Origin: Tubiluchus corallicola
Taxonomy: Eukaryota > Animalia > Priapulida
DNA: 12,144 nt
NCBI GenBank assembly: GCA_030141605.1
Contig: JAQGDQ010002167.1
Coordinates: forward strand, 1 to 12,144
Reading direction: 5' to 3'
Both the position numbers and the translations under genes were made by a program. The number at the start of each line of letters is the position of its first letter. The first letter of the stretch is position 1. Below, one piece after another: positions 1 through 8,985 of the stretch. The notes under the pieces were generated by a model. That model had not been told where the DNA came from. It saw only the letters and a list, made by a program, of their open reading frames with translations, and did not search any database.

Positions 1-97
<97 letters not shown>
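1..97. repeat. (AG)n microsatellite, truncated by the window edge, in SLC5 intron 4
   Basis: Perfect AG run from 1 to 97. Confidence 0.99.
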
Positions 98-98
<1 letters not shown>

Positions 99-599
99 GG
101 AGTTAATAAGCAAGGCTGAAGTTCAATTGCCTGTTAATTTAGACATTAAAATTATTTTCGTACATTTGGCACGACATTTAAAATCATGAAGACATTATTT
201 TCTTGTATTAATTATCACTGAAGGGAAGCTCAGTTGCGACAAACTTACAAATGTTTCTGCTCATACTTGTTTCTATTTTGGGCCTGTGTTTAAGTTGACA
301 AAAAAATCTGTTTTATCAATTTAAACGGAAATAATTCTTCCTGTTTTCATAACAGGATACTATAAAGGATACCGTAATACTTGGAATTTCTGGAACTTAG
401 ATAACGTAATGATTGAATTCGAAAACACAGAATAATAAATAAAAAGAATACGAGACTGAATGTCTATTAGTGATAAAATTAGAATATCCAATCCCTATAT
501 AAGTTGCCACGTAAATTTTGCACATAAAACGATTCATTAGCTTTATTTGCTAGTTTGCTTATAGGCCAAGTACGTATAAAGTATTGCATAATGACTTAC

Positions 600-667
600 T
601 ATACTCGTATAAAAAGTGCATATAAGTCCAGTTGTTGTAATAGAAGACCATAAAGGTAAGCCAGTCA
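600..667 (-). CDS. SLC5A8: SLC5A8-like coding exon 4 (68 nt); gene continues beyond position 1
   Basis: Acceptor TTACAG|, translation (V)TGLPLWSSITTTGLICTFYTSI (family motif VTG...CTFYT), donor |GTAAGT. The expected next exon (GGxKAV) was not found in 1-599. Confidence 0.92.
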
Positions 668-791
668 CTGTAAGAAGCAGAAACGTCATTAATAAGAAAT
701 TATTGCATTTTCTAAACACCTGTTCAGGGAAAACAGTGTGACATTTCTGTTTGGTGTGCAGAAATTATAGCCTTGCTAAAATATTGGTAAG

Positions 792-822
<31 letters not shown>
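792..822. repeat. (TAAA)n microsatellite in intron 3
   Basis: Seven TAAA units plus TAA. Confidence 0.95.
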
Positions 823-823
<1 letters not shown>

Positions 824-888
824 AGTACTCAGTGTGTCATTAAAACGAAAAAAATATTTAAAAGAAATGAATCAAAAACAATTTTTAC

Positions 889-940
889 CTTGAGATAAAG
901 CTAAAGAAGGTGTGTACAGCATGACTGCCGTCATGAAGGC
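889..940 (-). CDS. SLC5A8: SLC5A8-like coding exon 3 (52 nt)
   Basis: Acceptor TTTCAG|, translation AFMTAVMLYTPSLALSQ plus 1 nt (family motif Y-x-P-x-L-A-L-x-Q), phase-1 donor G|GTAAAA. Confidence 0.92.
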
Positions 941-961
941 CTGAAATAGATAAAGTAACTA

Positions 962-1050
<89 letters not shown>
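962..1050. repeat. (CAT)n microsatellite in intron 2
   Basis: About 30 perfect CAT units, ending ~20 nt from the exon 3 acceptor. Confidence 0.99.
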
Positions 1051-1295
1051 CCTTACTTATACTCTTAGTCATTTTGGTTATTTCAGTTCCTCCTGACCAT
1101 AATCTTGCTTGCTGATGTCGCAAATAAAAACAAGATTTGGGTTATAAATAAACAAGACTTCGTGTAAAAAGCTACGATACTAAAACACCTTAGCCTCAAC
1201 CCAGTGTAATATCTATGACCGCAGGGTCCAAGCAGTCATATGATCTCAAATGTTCTTTATCAGCTTCTGACACATCAGCCATCGCCCAGTTGAAC

Positions 1296-1364
1296 AACTA
1301 TGACTGCAGAAGCTACACGAACTATGAACTATGAACTATGAACTATCAGCTATGAACTATGAAC
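1296..1364. repeat. Imperfect 7-bp tandem repeat (GAACTAT)n in intron 2
   Basis: gaactat x4 from 1319, then cagctat, gaactat and gaac, with one degenerate unit upstream. Confidence 0.85.
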
Positions 1365-1473
1365 GAGTTCCAGGGACACATACCCTCAGCTCATTCCTAA
1401 AAACCTAAAGAGAGCTGAAGACTAAGTCTACTTTAATGCAACTAGATAGCGATTGAAGTTAGTGCACACGTAC

Positions 1474-1539
1474 CATTAAAAATAAGTTTGTTACCGTCGC
1501 CAGCACACGAACAACTCTATTGTATCGGAGTTCTAGGTA
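1474..1539 (-). CDS. SLC5A8: SLC5A8-like coding exon 2 (66 nt)
   Basis: Acceptor TTTCAG|, translation YLELRYNRVVRVLATVTNLFLM (conserved EYLELRF/Y motif across the exon 1/2 junction), donor ATG|GTACGT. In frame with exon 1. Confidence 0.92.
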
Positions 1540-1628
1540 CTGAAACAATAAACATTATTAATTCTTTACTAGTAAGATTTACTGCCTGACATAGCACGTC
1601 TTTAACATACTGAAAGAACGTGCATTAT

Positions 1629-1716
1629 TATATATATATATACATATACTATAGATATATATATATATATATATATAGATAGATAGATAGATAGATAGAT
1701 AGATGTATATATATAT
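1629..1716. repeat. Compound (TA)n/(TAGA)n microsatellite in intron 1
   Basis: TA runs flank a TAGA run. This explains the IYIY ORF at 1579-1788. Confidence 0.97.
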
Positions 1717-1911
1717 TGTCCATTCACCGTCCGTTACGTGTCCACAAGAGTTTACAGAATCAAAAATCAACATTAAAACTAACAACACTCCTAAACTTTA
1801 GTGAATTAACCAGCACACTATTCTTTCCCATTGTTGTTATGCATGTATTGTCATTTAAAATAGGCAAGTTTCTCATTGTCTTCCATAACTTTTATACGAT
1901 TGTAAAACGCT

Positions 1912-1913
1912 TA

Positions 1914-1974
<61 letters not shown>

Positions 1975-1979
1975 GTGTA
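1912..1979. repeat. (TATGTG)n hexanucleotide microsatellite in intron 1
   Basis: About 11 units. This explains the CVCV ORF at 1716-1988. Confidence 0.97.
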
Positions 1980-2347
1980 CGGCCATGACTGGTGGATAGT
2001 GTGAGTAAAAGAGGAGCTGTGAAACTATGTTAAAAGCGTTAGATTATGATAGATAATTATGCTGATGAATGCTGACAAGAAGCCCAGTTAAGGTGTGGTG
2101 TCACGTGATCAAGTGATTCAGAACCGAAGCGTAGACGTCGATGCGTCAAAACTCGGCGCACGAGATATAAGCCTTGTGATGCGCCCAGCTCAGGAGATTG
2201 CGTCCGGGAGCTGAAGGAGAGCAGGCTAGATCAGGGGGCTTGGCATTACTATCTGTTATATTTATTGTGTTTGATGTTCATGTAGTTTTATAAACTGACT
2301 CTTCATAGTTTTGCCATCCCTAAAACACCAATAATCAGCTTTACACA
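1974..2347 (+). mobile_element. Possible solo-LTR-like insertion in SLC5 intron 1
   Basis: GC- and CpG-richer island bounded by TGTGTA...TACACA, with TATAA at 2166-2170 and a poly(A)-like TATAAA near 2289. No TSD is visible, and the left terminus is also a microsatellite unit. Confidence 0.25.
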
Positions 2348-2389
2348 ACCAATACAACGAATAATTTTACTGTGTGTGATCAACCTTAC

Positions 2390-2728
2390 CTCAAATACTG
2401 TAGTAATGTCTAAACTACAGAACACGGGAACAAACACAGTTGATGATATTGCGGCAGCAAACGCAAAACCAAGAACAAACATGATGTACTGAGTTCCAAA
2501 ATAATACATTTCGGCTGTGCCTCCCAGTATGAATAACGCACTCACAAATGTGGCAACTAAAGAAAACGCAACCGGCACCACGCCCATCTTTTTTCCCGCC
2601 ATGAAAAACTCCTTGGTTGTATTTTGTTTGCTGCCTGTGCAAGCAAAGTACAAACCAATACCAGCGGACAATATCAGTGAAATTATAAAGACAGCATAAT
2701 CAGCTACACCGAACTTTGCTGTTTCCAT
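2390..2728 (-). CDS. SLC5A8: SLC5 sodium:solute symporter (SMCT/SLC5A8-like), coding exon 1 (339 nt, 113 aa)
   Basis: METAKFGVADYAVFIISLILSAGIGLYFA...TTKEFFMAGKKMGVVPVAFSLVATFVSALFILGGTAEMYYFGTQY...ITTVFE matches the N-terminus of the SLC5A5/6/8/12 subfamily. Phase-0 donor GAG|GTAAGG with GT at 2389-2388. The exact orthologue within the subfamily cannot be fixed from this fragment. Confidence 0.93.
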
Positions 2729-3296
2729 TTCTGCTTTATTTACTGTCTGTGCTCACTGTAGTACTTTTAACGTTTTGTTACACCGTAAGCTTTGCCACCC
2801 CAGTTAAGGTTTAAAATGTCAATATCACCTTTGATTTTAGGTCACCTTCATTCCTACGTCACGCTAATAACAAGCTCATTTAACTTAATAATTACTTAAT
2901 ATCGTCTAGGGTGGCACATGACCTCTACCAGAATTATAAGAGGATGAGAAAGATCTTCGTCAATATTTTGGATGCAGCTTATGCACAATGAATGGGACAT
3001 GAATATGAAACTTCCAAAGGCTCATAAATTCATCGAAGGAGCTTTCATGGTTATTTCAACAAATTTTAACAAAAACACAATTATTCTATGCCGGTTTTAT
3101 TACAGGCACATAAAAAATTTAGTTAAGAAAAATTAAGAACTACACAACTTTATTAAAAACGGGGGTTTATTAATAAAAGACAGTTTATGTATGTACTCTA
3201 ATAAGCCCTCTCTTAATGTACAAAGCAGTTCAATGCCCTAAAATTTATTTTCAAACACTTAGTTATTTGCTACTCTGTCAATTTTTTTTCTTCGGG

Positions 3297-3421
3297 TCTG
3301 CTTATTCATTACCTATTTGGCTTTTGTAAATATATAATTAGTGCTTAAGTAGTTGTATCAATTTCTTTACTTTTCTGCTTATTCATTACCTATTTGACTT
3401 TTGTAAACTACTTAATTAGTG
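3297..3421 (+). repeat. ~47-bp direct repeat pair inside the Penelope-like pseudo-LTR
   Basis: tctgcttattcattacctatttg(g/a)cttttgtaaa...taattagtg occurs at 3297-3343 and 3374-3421. Confidence 0.9.
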
Positions 3422-3468
3422 TATAATAGGCTCTGCCTATATAAACTGGTAGTACTTTTGTAAATTTA

Positions 3469-3507
3469 CCACTGACGGAGACGGCAGTAGTTTGTCGAAA
3501 CGTTTGG
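3469..3507 (+). ncRNA. Minimal type I hammerhead ribozyme (Penelope type) with a variant core
   Basis: CCA (stem I) - CUGACGG-A - GACGG/cagtagt/TTGTC (stem II) - GAAA-CGT-T (palindromic AACGTT stem III) - TGG (stem I). The core reads CUGACGG rather than CUGANGA. Confidence 0.75.
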
Positions 3508-4236
3508 CATGATGTTAACTTTTAACCTTTTGAGTACGCGTTTTTAATAAAGTTGTGTTGTTTTTGACTACAATTATTCTGGTCTGACAAAATTTTTGAT
3601 ACACGTAGTTCGTTTCAATTAAGTTTTGTAGCTTTCAATCTTTGGCGCTGGGTAGCTTTTGGAAAAAAACTACTCTACATAATGACAGTCTATTATAGGT
3701 GTATATGTATGAAGAAATCAGCAGTACATCAAAAGTTATCTGCTAAATGTATATTACTAGTTGTGTCGTTTATTACTAGTTTACAGTATCTAAACGAGAA
3801 TACTAAGAAAACGATATTGACAAAATCATGGACACTAGTCAATGCAATAAGTGGTAGGTTGAATAGCGTATATAAAGGAAGTTCACGGATCATCATAATA
3901 AACAAAACCGATTAATATATAAGAATTTTACACAAACTTAGTCATTTGCACGCGAAGTTTCATAGCAAAATAAAGATCAAGTTTCTTTCGTACATAGAAG
4001 AGCGCAAAATGGATTCATCCAGCCGACTAATCAAAAAGGAAAAGTTTCCCGAAGATTGGTAATAATAAAGACAAAATGACGCGTAATTGATTAAGTATTA
4101 AATCTATTTTTATGTTGTTAAAAACGAATATCAGTTTTAATTCAATTTACCTCCTGTCTTAGGGTTTTTTTGGTAAATGTCTACTTTTACGGGCAAGTAG
4201 TTAGCAATTTTGTGGTCTATTGGGCGCAACATTCCT

Positions 4237-4409
4237 CTTGTTGCCAAACAGTTAGAAGCAACCAATCAACGCGCTCCACCTGTTGCCAAACAGTTAGAAG
4301 CAACCAATCAACGCGCTCCACCTGTTGCCAAACAGTAAGAAGCAACCAATCAACGCGCTCCACCTGCCGCCAAACAGTAAGAAGCAACCAATCAACGCGC
4401 TCCACCTGC
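4237..4409. repeat. Minisatellite of 4 x 42 bp, one CCAAT box per unit
   Basis: Unit cctgttgccaaacagttagaagcaaccaatcaacgcgctcca starts at 4237, 4279, 4321 and 4363. The four overlapping ORFs here are artefacts of the repeat. Confidence 0.97.
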
Positions 4410-4730
4410 TTTCGTCCCCAGTCGCTTGTGAGGCTGTGAAGTTATTCTTGCCCTCTAACCCGCTCTGGTGCCAATTTTCGGTACTTCTTTTTCTCATCAA
4501 ATGTGATCACGTGTAATGTTTTTTGGGCTACGGTCCACCCTTTGTAATTTGTCTAATATTAACGTAGCTCCCTTTAGGAGATATCTTGGTAGTACTTTTG
4601 CGACACATGCGGCAATTTTAATTGGGTAATTTGGTTAATATCTTACTGTACTTTCCACTATACAGAATGGAATATTGGGAGGCATTACGAAATTCGTACG
4701 TTATGTAAACCGGATTGGATTGTTTGTGAT

Positions 4731-5040
4731 TTATCAATCAATCAAATCAATTAATCAATTTATTTCACTCCAGCAATATGTATATATATATACAATACAT
4801 CAACATACAATATAATGAGAAAAAAATGGTATACTAGCCAAAAAAAGTCATTGTTGAAAGCAAATTAACAAAGTAAATTGACTTGTTGCATGAACCTTGA
4901 AAGTGTTGTTTGTTAAGGAATCGTGTATGAGTGAACGAAAGAATGGTTAGGGTTAATAGACATGATGGAATGGAAAAAATAGTAAGATTAGGGATATGAA
5001 GAAGGAAGGGAGGGGAGTTAGAAAAACCAACGGTATAACA
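4731..5040 (-). mobile_element. Possible LINE 3' UTR and tail (L2/CR1-like)
   Basis: The minus strand ends ...GAAATAAA followed by degenerate (TTGA)n at ~4734-4765, an arrangement typical of LINE 3' ends. No ORF2 sequence was recognised, and the upstream boundary is approximate. Confidence 0.35.
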
Positions 5041-7393
5041 GATTCATGTGATTTTTAACATTTAGTGAGTCGAATTTGGATTGCGCAATTCCTCTTTTAT
5101 TACTGTAACTTCACTGGGGTGGATTTGTACTCACCACCTTTGTTCTGATGGCTTTATGCAATGCATATGCGTAACTGTTTGATTTCCTGACTTTTGTAAA
5201 CGGACCGTGGCTTTAAATTTCCGTATGCTTAAACTAATTTATATTTCTGCAGCTTACCTATAGTTATTAAAAGTGATGTCACAAAATTAGCTATTTTCGT
5301 AAAAAATTACCATGCTTTTGACGAAAATTGATAGATTGCGCTGCTTTTCTCCAGTCGATGAACGACGTAATTAATGGAAGATTGGGTGGTCAAAAGGGCA
5401 GCGCCCAAATGTGAAATGAGAGCTACTAATTACACGAGGCGCTAATCGCATTTTTATTACTAAATCCTTCTAACATTTTTCGCAAACATTGAAATAAGCT
5501 TAATTTTCCAGAAGGCTTGGTCAATCCTTTAGGCATAATTAGAAACATAATTAACACTCCATGGATATCCGCCAGAAAGACAGTAGTCCGTACCAAGACT
5601 CCAAATTTCATTGTGTTGAAAGTTCTGCAAGTTGAATCAGCAACTGTAATCACCAAAATAGCCGACAAAATGCAACATGTGATGCAGGTAAAAAATTTAA
5701 ACCTTTTGCAAAAAGTGAGTGATTATTGCTTGAGAAAAAGTCAAAACAAAGAAAGCATCCATATGGAAGCAACCCGTGGTTAAACAGTTACTATACTCTT
5801 ACTAAAACAAGACTAAGCGCATTAATTATCTGAGTAGACCTACATCAAAGTCTTACTGTCTTACATAAATAATGCACCTTCTTTTCATTGAGTCAATCAG
5901 TCGAAAAGGCCATATCGTGAGCTAAAAGCCATAAATTTCGTTGTGCATTATCTTAATTTAAACAGAACTTGGCAGCTCAAATGTAAATAACTCTTGAAAT
6001 CACCTTCAAATTTTGAATATTGGAATAGTAGATCAAAGTCACCAAAAGTGTAGCGGACGGTCTCTGCATTCTTAACTGGCGTAAAATTTAAGTCAAATTT
6101 ACGTCGAATTTCTGCTAATTTTGACAAAATTTTCTCTCAGCCTTCATCAGAAATTTTTTGAAATTTAAGCTCCTTTTCACTATTATCATGTTTTTCTTAA
6201 TCATAACTCTGGTCTGGTTACAAATACTTCATTACGGATTCTTTTTTTCTTTTATCGTCACTCACGAGCTTTTTTACCTTTCGTTTTCTGCATTCCGCTC
6301 TTAAAGATTTCGATTCCTATGAGTTTAATTATCTGCCATAATTCGATAAAATGTTGTTGTAAGAAACTTTTTAGTAACGGAAATATCATTACTATAAACA
6401 CCTCCTTGCCTTAGCTTTGTCGATATATGCATACAGTAGAAACAGCGGGTTAAAGCAAGGTAACAGTGTCTCAGTGAAATGACGTAATGTTAGGAAACCA
6501 GGTAAAAGGAAAGTACAAAATTTGCGGGAATTCATCTTTCTAGCGTAGATGAATCACGCATTTTAATAGGAAAATAACAAAAGTTGTTCGTGTTGTGCAC
6601 TTGAGTAATTGCACATACATTATGTTGTTACAGTACTTACAGTAAACTTATGAATTAAAGAATTACTTCCAGAATTTGGTGCCCTATGCAACTCCCTGTT
6701 TGCGTAGTGGTGGAGCCGTCTTGACCAGCTATTTTGCAATGCAATTTTACATTCTATTCAAGTACAGTAAGCGCCGTTTTTATTAAACTCACGGTTGATA
6801 GAATCAGATTCAAAAAACACTTAGTAGGGGCCGGCAGCGGCTACTGTAGTCTTTTACTACGCAGTTGGCCTACTGTAGCTAGTGAAGTACGTGGAATTGG
6901 AGGCGATTTCGCAAAGCCTTTTAGTCACTGCTCTTGTGCTGCGATAATCTACTGTGTCCATAACCATTACGTGAACTATCTGCCTATCTGGAAGTGACTT
7001 TCTTTCTCGCAACAAAGTGCTTAGTTGGAACTCTTCATTATGCAACTGATAACGGTGAGAGATACTCAGTCTTTTTACTTTTGTGATGTCTGAATTTCAC
7101 CTTCCTGTGAAATTTAATTTCATTTTTATTTTTACCGTAAAATCATAAGATTAATAACAGTTTGAATTTGATGTGTTTCGTTTAAAGCTAATGCATCATA
7201 TAGGTACAGCACTTACGTGTTTGTAGTTAATATCGTTTGCGTTATAAATGATAATATGCTATTACGTACAGTTCAGCTTTTGTCTAAACTTATATACATA
7301 ATGTACCGAATACATACAAGCTGACAACCCAGGCGGTACAGTAGACTAGTTAATAGGACAAAAATAAGGCCAGTAGAGCTTGTCTGTCTAGTC

Positions 7394-8001
7394 CCAGTGG
7401 TTCGTAACCTTTTACTAGCAAAGTACCCTTTCGAAATTCAGCGATGTACCGCGTACCCCTTAACATTTTTAGCAATATGAACTTCAAAAAACATTTTTAC
7501 TACTTTTGCGTAGTTTGATTGGCCGTTAATTTAATTTTGAAACAAACAAATTAAGAAAAAGTGGTTATTTTTAATTTATACATGTATTTATTGATAGTAT
7601 TCTCTCTACTTATACTCCTTCTCAAAATCTCTTATTTTTAATTAACACATTTCCAAATTCAAGAGCAAAGTGCAAGAAAGAAGACGATCTTGTACTAATC
7701 GCCTATTTTACGTAACAAATTAACACCGTTATAACGGCAGGCACGCTAATGTTTTGCAAAAACAAATGACCTTTGTAAAATACAAACAACCATGTTGTTT
7801 AAGGATTTAAATACGTTAGCGCACTCTTTTCTCACACCACGAGGCTGTTACTCATTTAAAATTTGTACTCCGTACGTGTGCGCTGTACGACAGAAAAAAA
7901 CATTCTGACGTGTTACACGTCACAACTTTCGCTTACCCCTGGCTTAGCTGTTTCGTACCTCTAAGGGTATTCATACCCCAGGTTAGGAACCATTGCCACT
8001 G
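7394..8001. mobile_element. Non-autonomous hAT (Charlie-like) DNA transposon / MITE, ~0.6 kb
   Basis: Left TIR CAGTGGTTCGTAACCT (7395-7410) vs right AGGTTAGGAACCATTG (7980-7995), 14/16 as inverted repeats, followed by an extra CCACTG. The 8-bp direct repeat GTCTAGTC lies at 7386-7393 and 8002-8009. GTACCC-like motifs recur subterminally at both ends. Confidence 0.9.
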
Positions 8002-8029
8002 GTCTAGTCGCTCTTGCATGCGCTCATCT

Positions 8030-8561
8030 AAATACACTATATTTAAATACATTATCAACATCAGCAAACCATTCCAGAATAATTTCAGAACAAGCAATCT
8101 AAAACAAATTGGGACAAACACCCACTATGGAACGAACTCTGTAATCAAACAAGCAATTCTACTTAGGAATTCTCTACCATTACAGGTTAAACAAATCAAG
8201 TCCCTATCAGCATTTAAAACAAAATTAAAATCACTAATATTAACCAGATATGAAACACCATCACACCAGTACAACACACACACTAATTCAGCATTCATAT
8301 ATTCACGGCCATATTAATTAAATCTTAGTTTTTTCATTTTTTGTGCATAATTGTAAATATATTTGATTTTATTCGTCGTTACTGTCCATTACTGCACAGT
8401 AGTTTAGATTGCACTGACGCATTTGTCTTTAGCAGTGTAAGTTTTTATTAACTAACACTGATTGATCATCTCTCTAAAGTTTTTATCAGTGATTATCAAT
8501 GTATTTTAATGGCAAATAAAGATTATTATATATATATGTATATATGTATATATATATATAT
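8030..8561 (+). mobile_element. 5'-truncated CR1/L2-group LINE 3' end (ORF2 C-terminus, 3' UTR, tail)
   Basis: THYGTNSVIKQAILLRNSLPLQVKQIKSLSAFKTKLKSLILTRY matches the L2/Crack/Daphne ORF2 end (T.YG..S......WN.LP..IK...SL..FK.KLK..L...Y). UTR stem CACTGAT/ATCAGTG at 8456-8491, AATAAA at 8515-8520, then a (TTA)/(TA)n tail. Confidence 0.85.
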
Positions 8562-8687
8562 CTCAAGACATTTCTAAAAGGGCTTTATCTCTTTTCAGAT
8601 CTTGTGTGTGGTTTACATCTGCTTATTCAACTTAGCATGTAGGTTGACATTATCTTTTTTATTAATCACTAACCTACTCATTCCTTA

Positions 8688-8985
8688 AAGAAAAGGAAAT
8701 TTTAATGTATGTAATAAAAACTTTCCATACAAAGTTATATTGCTTACCTTTTGAAAGACTTCGTAATTATCATGTATTTAGAAAAGAAAATTCTTAATAA
8801 TTTAAAGTAATGGTGCCTCCTGGTAACACAGCGCTGAATTACATTCCAGTGTGCATCACTCGCTCATCAAAAAAAAAACACATTATTGATTCTATTGCCA
8901 ATATTATAAAGTAATTTAAACTTTTTGCTTAAGAGCGTTTTCTTCTGCCTTTAAATAATCCAACTTGGTTCAATTATGTATATCT
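8688..8985 (-). pseudogene. Decayed exon-like unit, copy A (paralogous to 10550-10846), family unknown
   Basis: Colinear DNA similarity to copy B by eye, phase-2 donor AG|GTAAGC at 8747, and an interrupted frame KSLNYFIILAIESIMCF / LMSE*CTLE / HYFKLLRIFFSKYM. Confidence 0.5.

Larger units (their letters stand above)
3135..3565 (+). mobile_element. 5'-truncated Penelope-like retroelement remnant (GIY-YIG C-terminus, pseudo-LTR, inverted tail copy)
   Basis: 3167-3250 reads LLIKDSLCMYSNKPSLNVQSSSMP*NLF, matching the PLE GIY-YIG end IKESL.I...KPSLN.Q..S.PL.LF. Hammerhead motif at 3469-3507. Perfect 20-bp inverted repeat at 3142-3161 / 3539-3558. Confidence 0.85.

Noticed and set aside
1579-1988. 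ORFs with IYIY and CVCV runs
   Set aside because: Translations of intronic microsatellites.
2303-2389. C-terminal 28 aa of the 141-aa SLC5 ORF (VRLITHSK...)
   Set aside because: Read-through into intron 1 past the GTAAGG donor; the homology continues in exon 2.
2415-2699. ORFs 2415-2642 (-) and 2517-2699 (+)
   Set aside because: Alternative-frame and antisense shadows of SLC5 exon 1.
3682-3915. 77-aa plus-strand ORF
   Set aside because: AT-rich, with no recognisable domain or splice context; probably chance.
4170-4516. Four overlapping repetitive ORFs, or a CRISPR-like array
   Set aside because: Head-to-tail 42-bp minisatellite with no unique spacers, in eukaryotic DNA.
3447-4600. 14-bp exact match tggtagtacttttg at 3447-3460 and 4587-4600
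   Set aside because: The match does not extend on either side, and about one such match is expected by chance in 12 kb of AT-rich DNA.
6125-6152. Second hammerhead-like CTGATGAAGGC on the minus strand
   Set aside because: No complementary stem II and no GAAAC stem III follow.
7910-8317. 135-aa ORF as a single gene
   Set aside because: Chimeric: the N-terminal part lies in the hAT element end and the C-terminal part is LINE ORF2.
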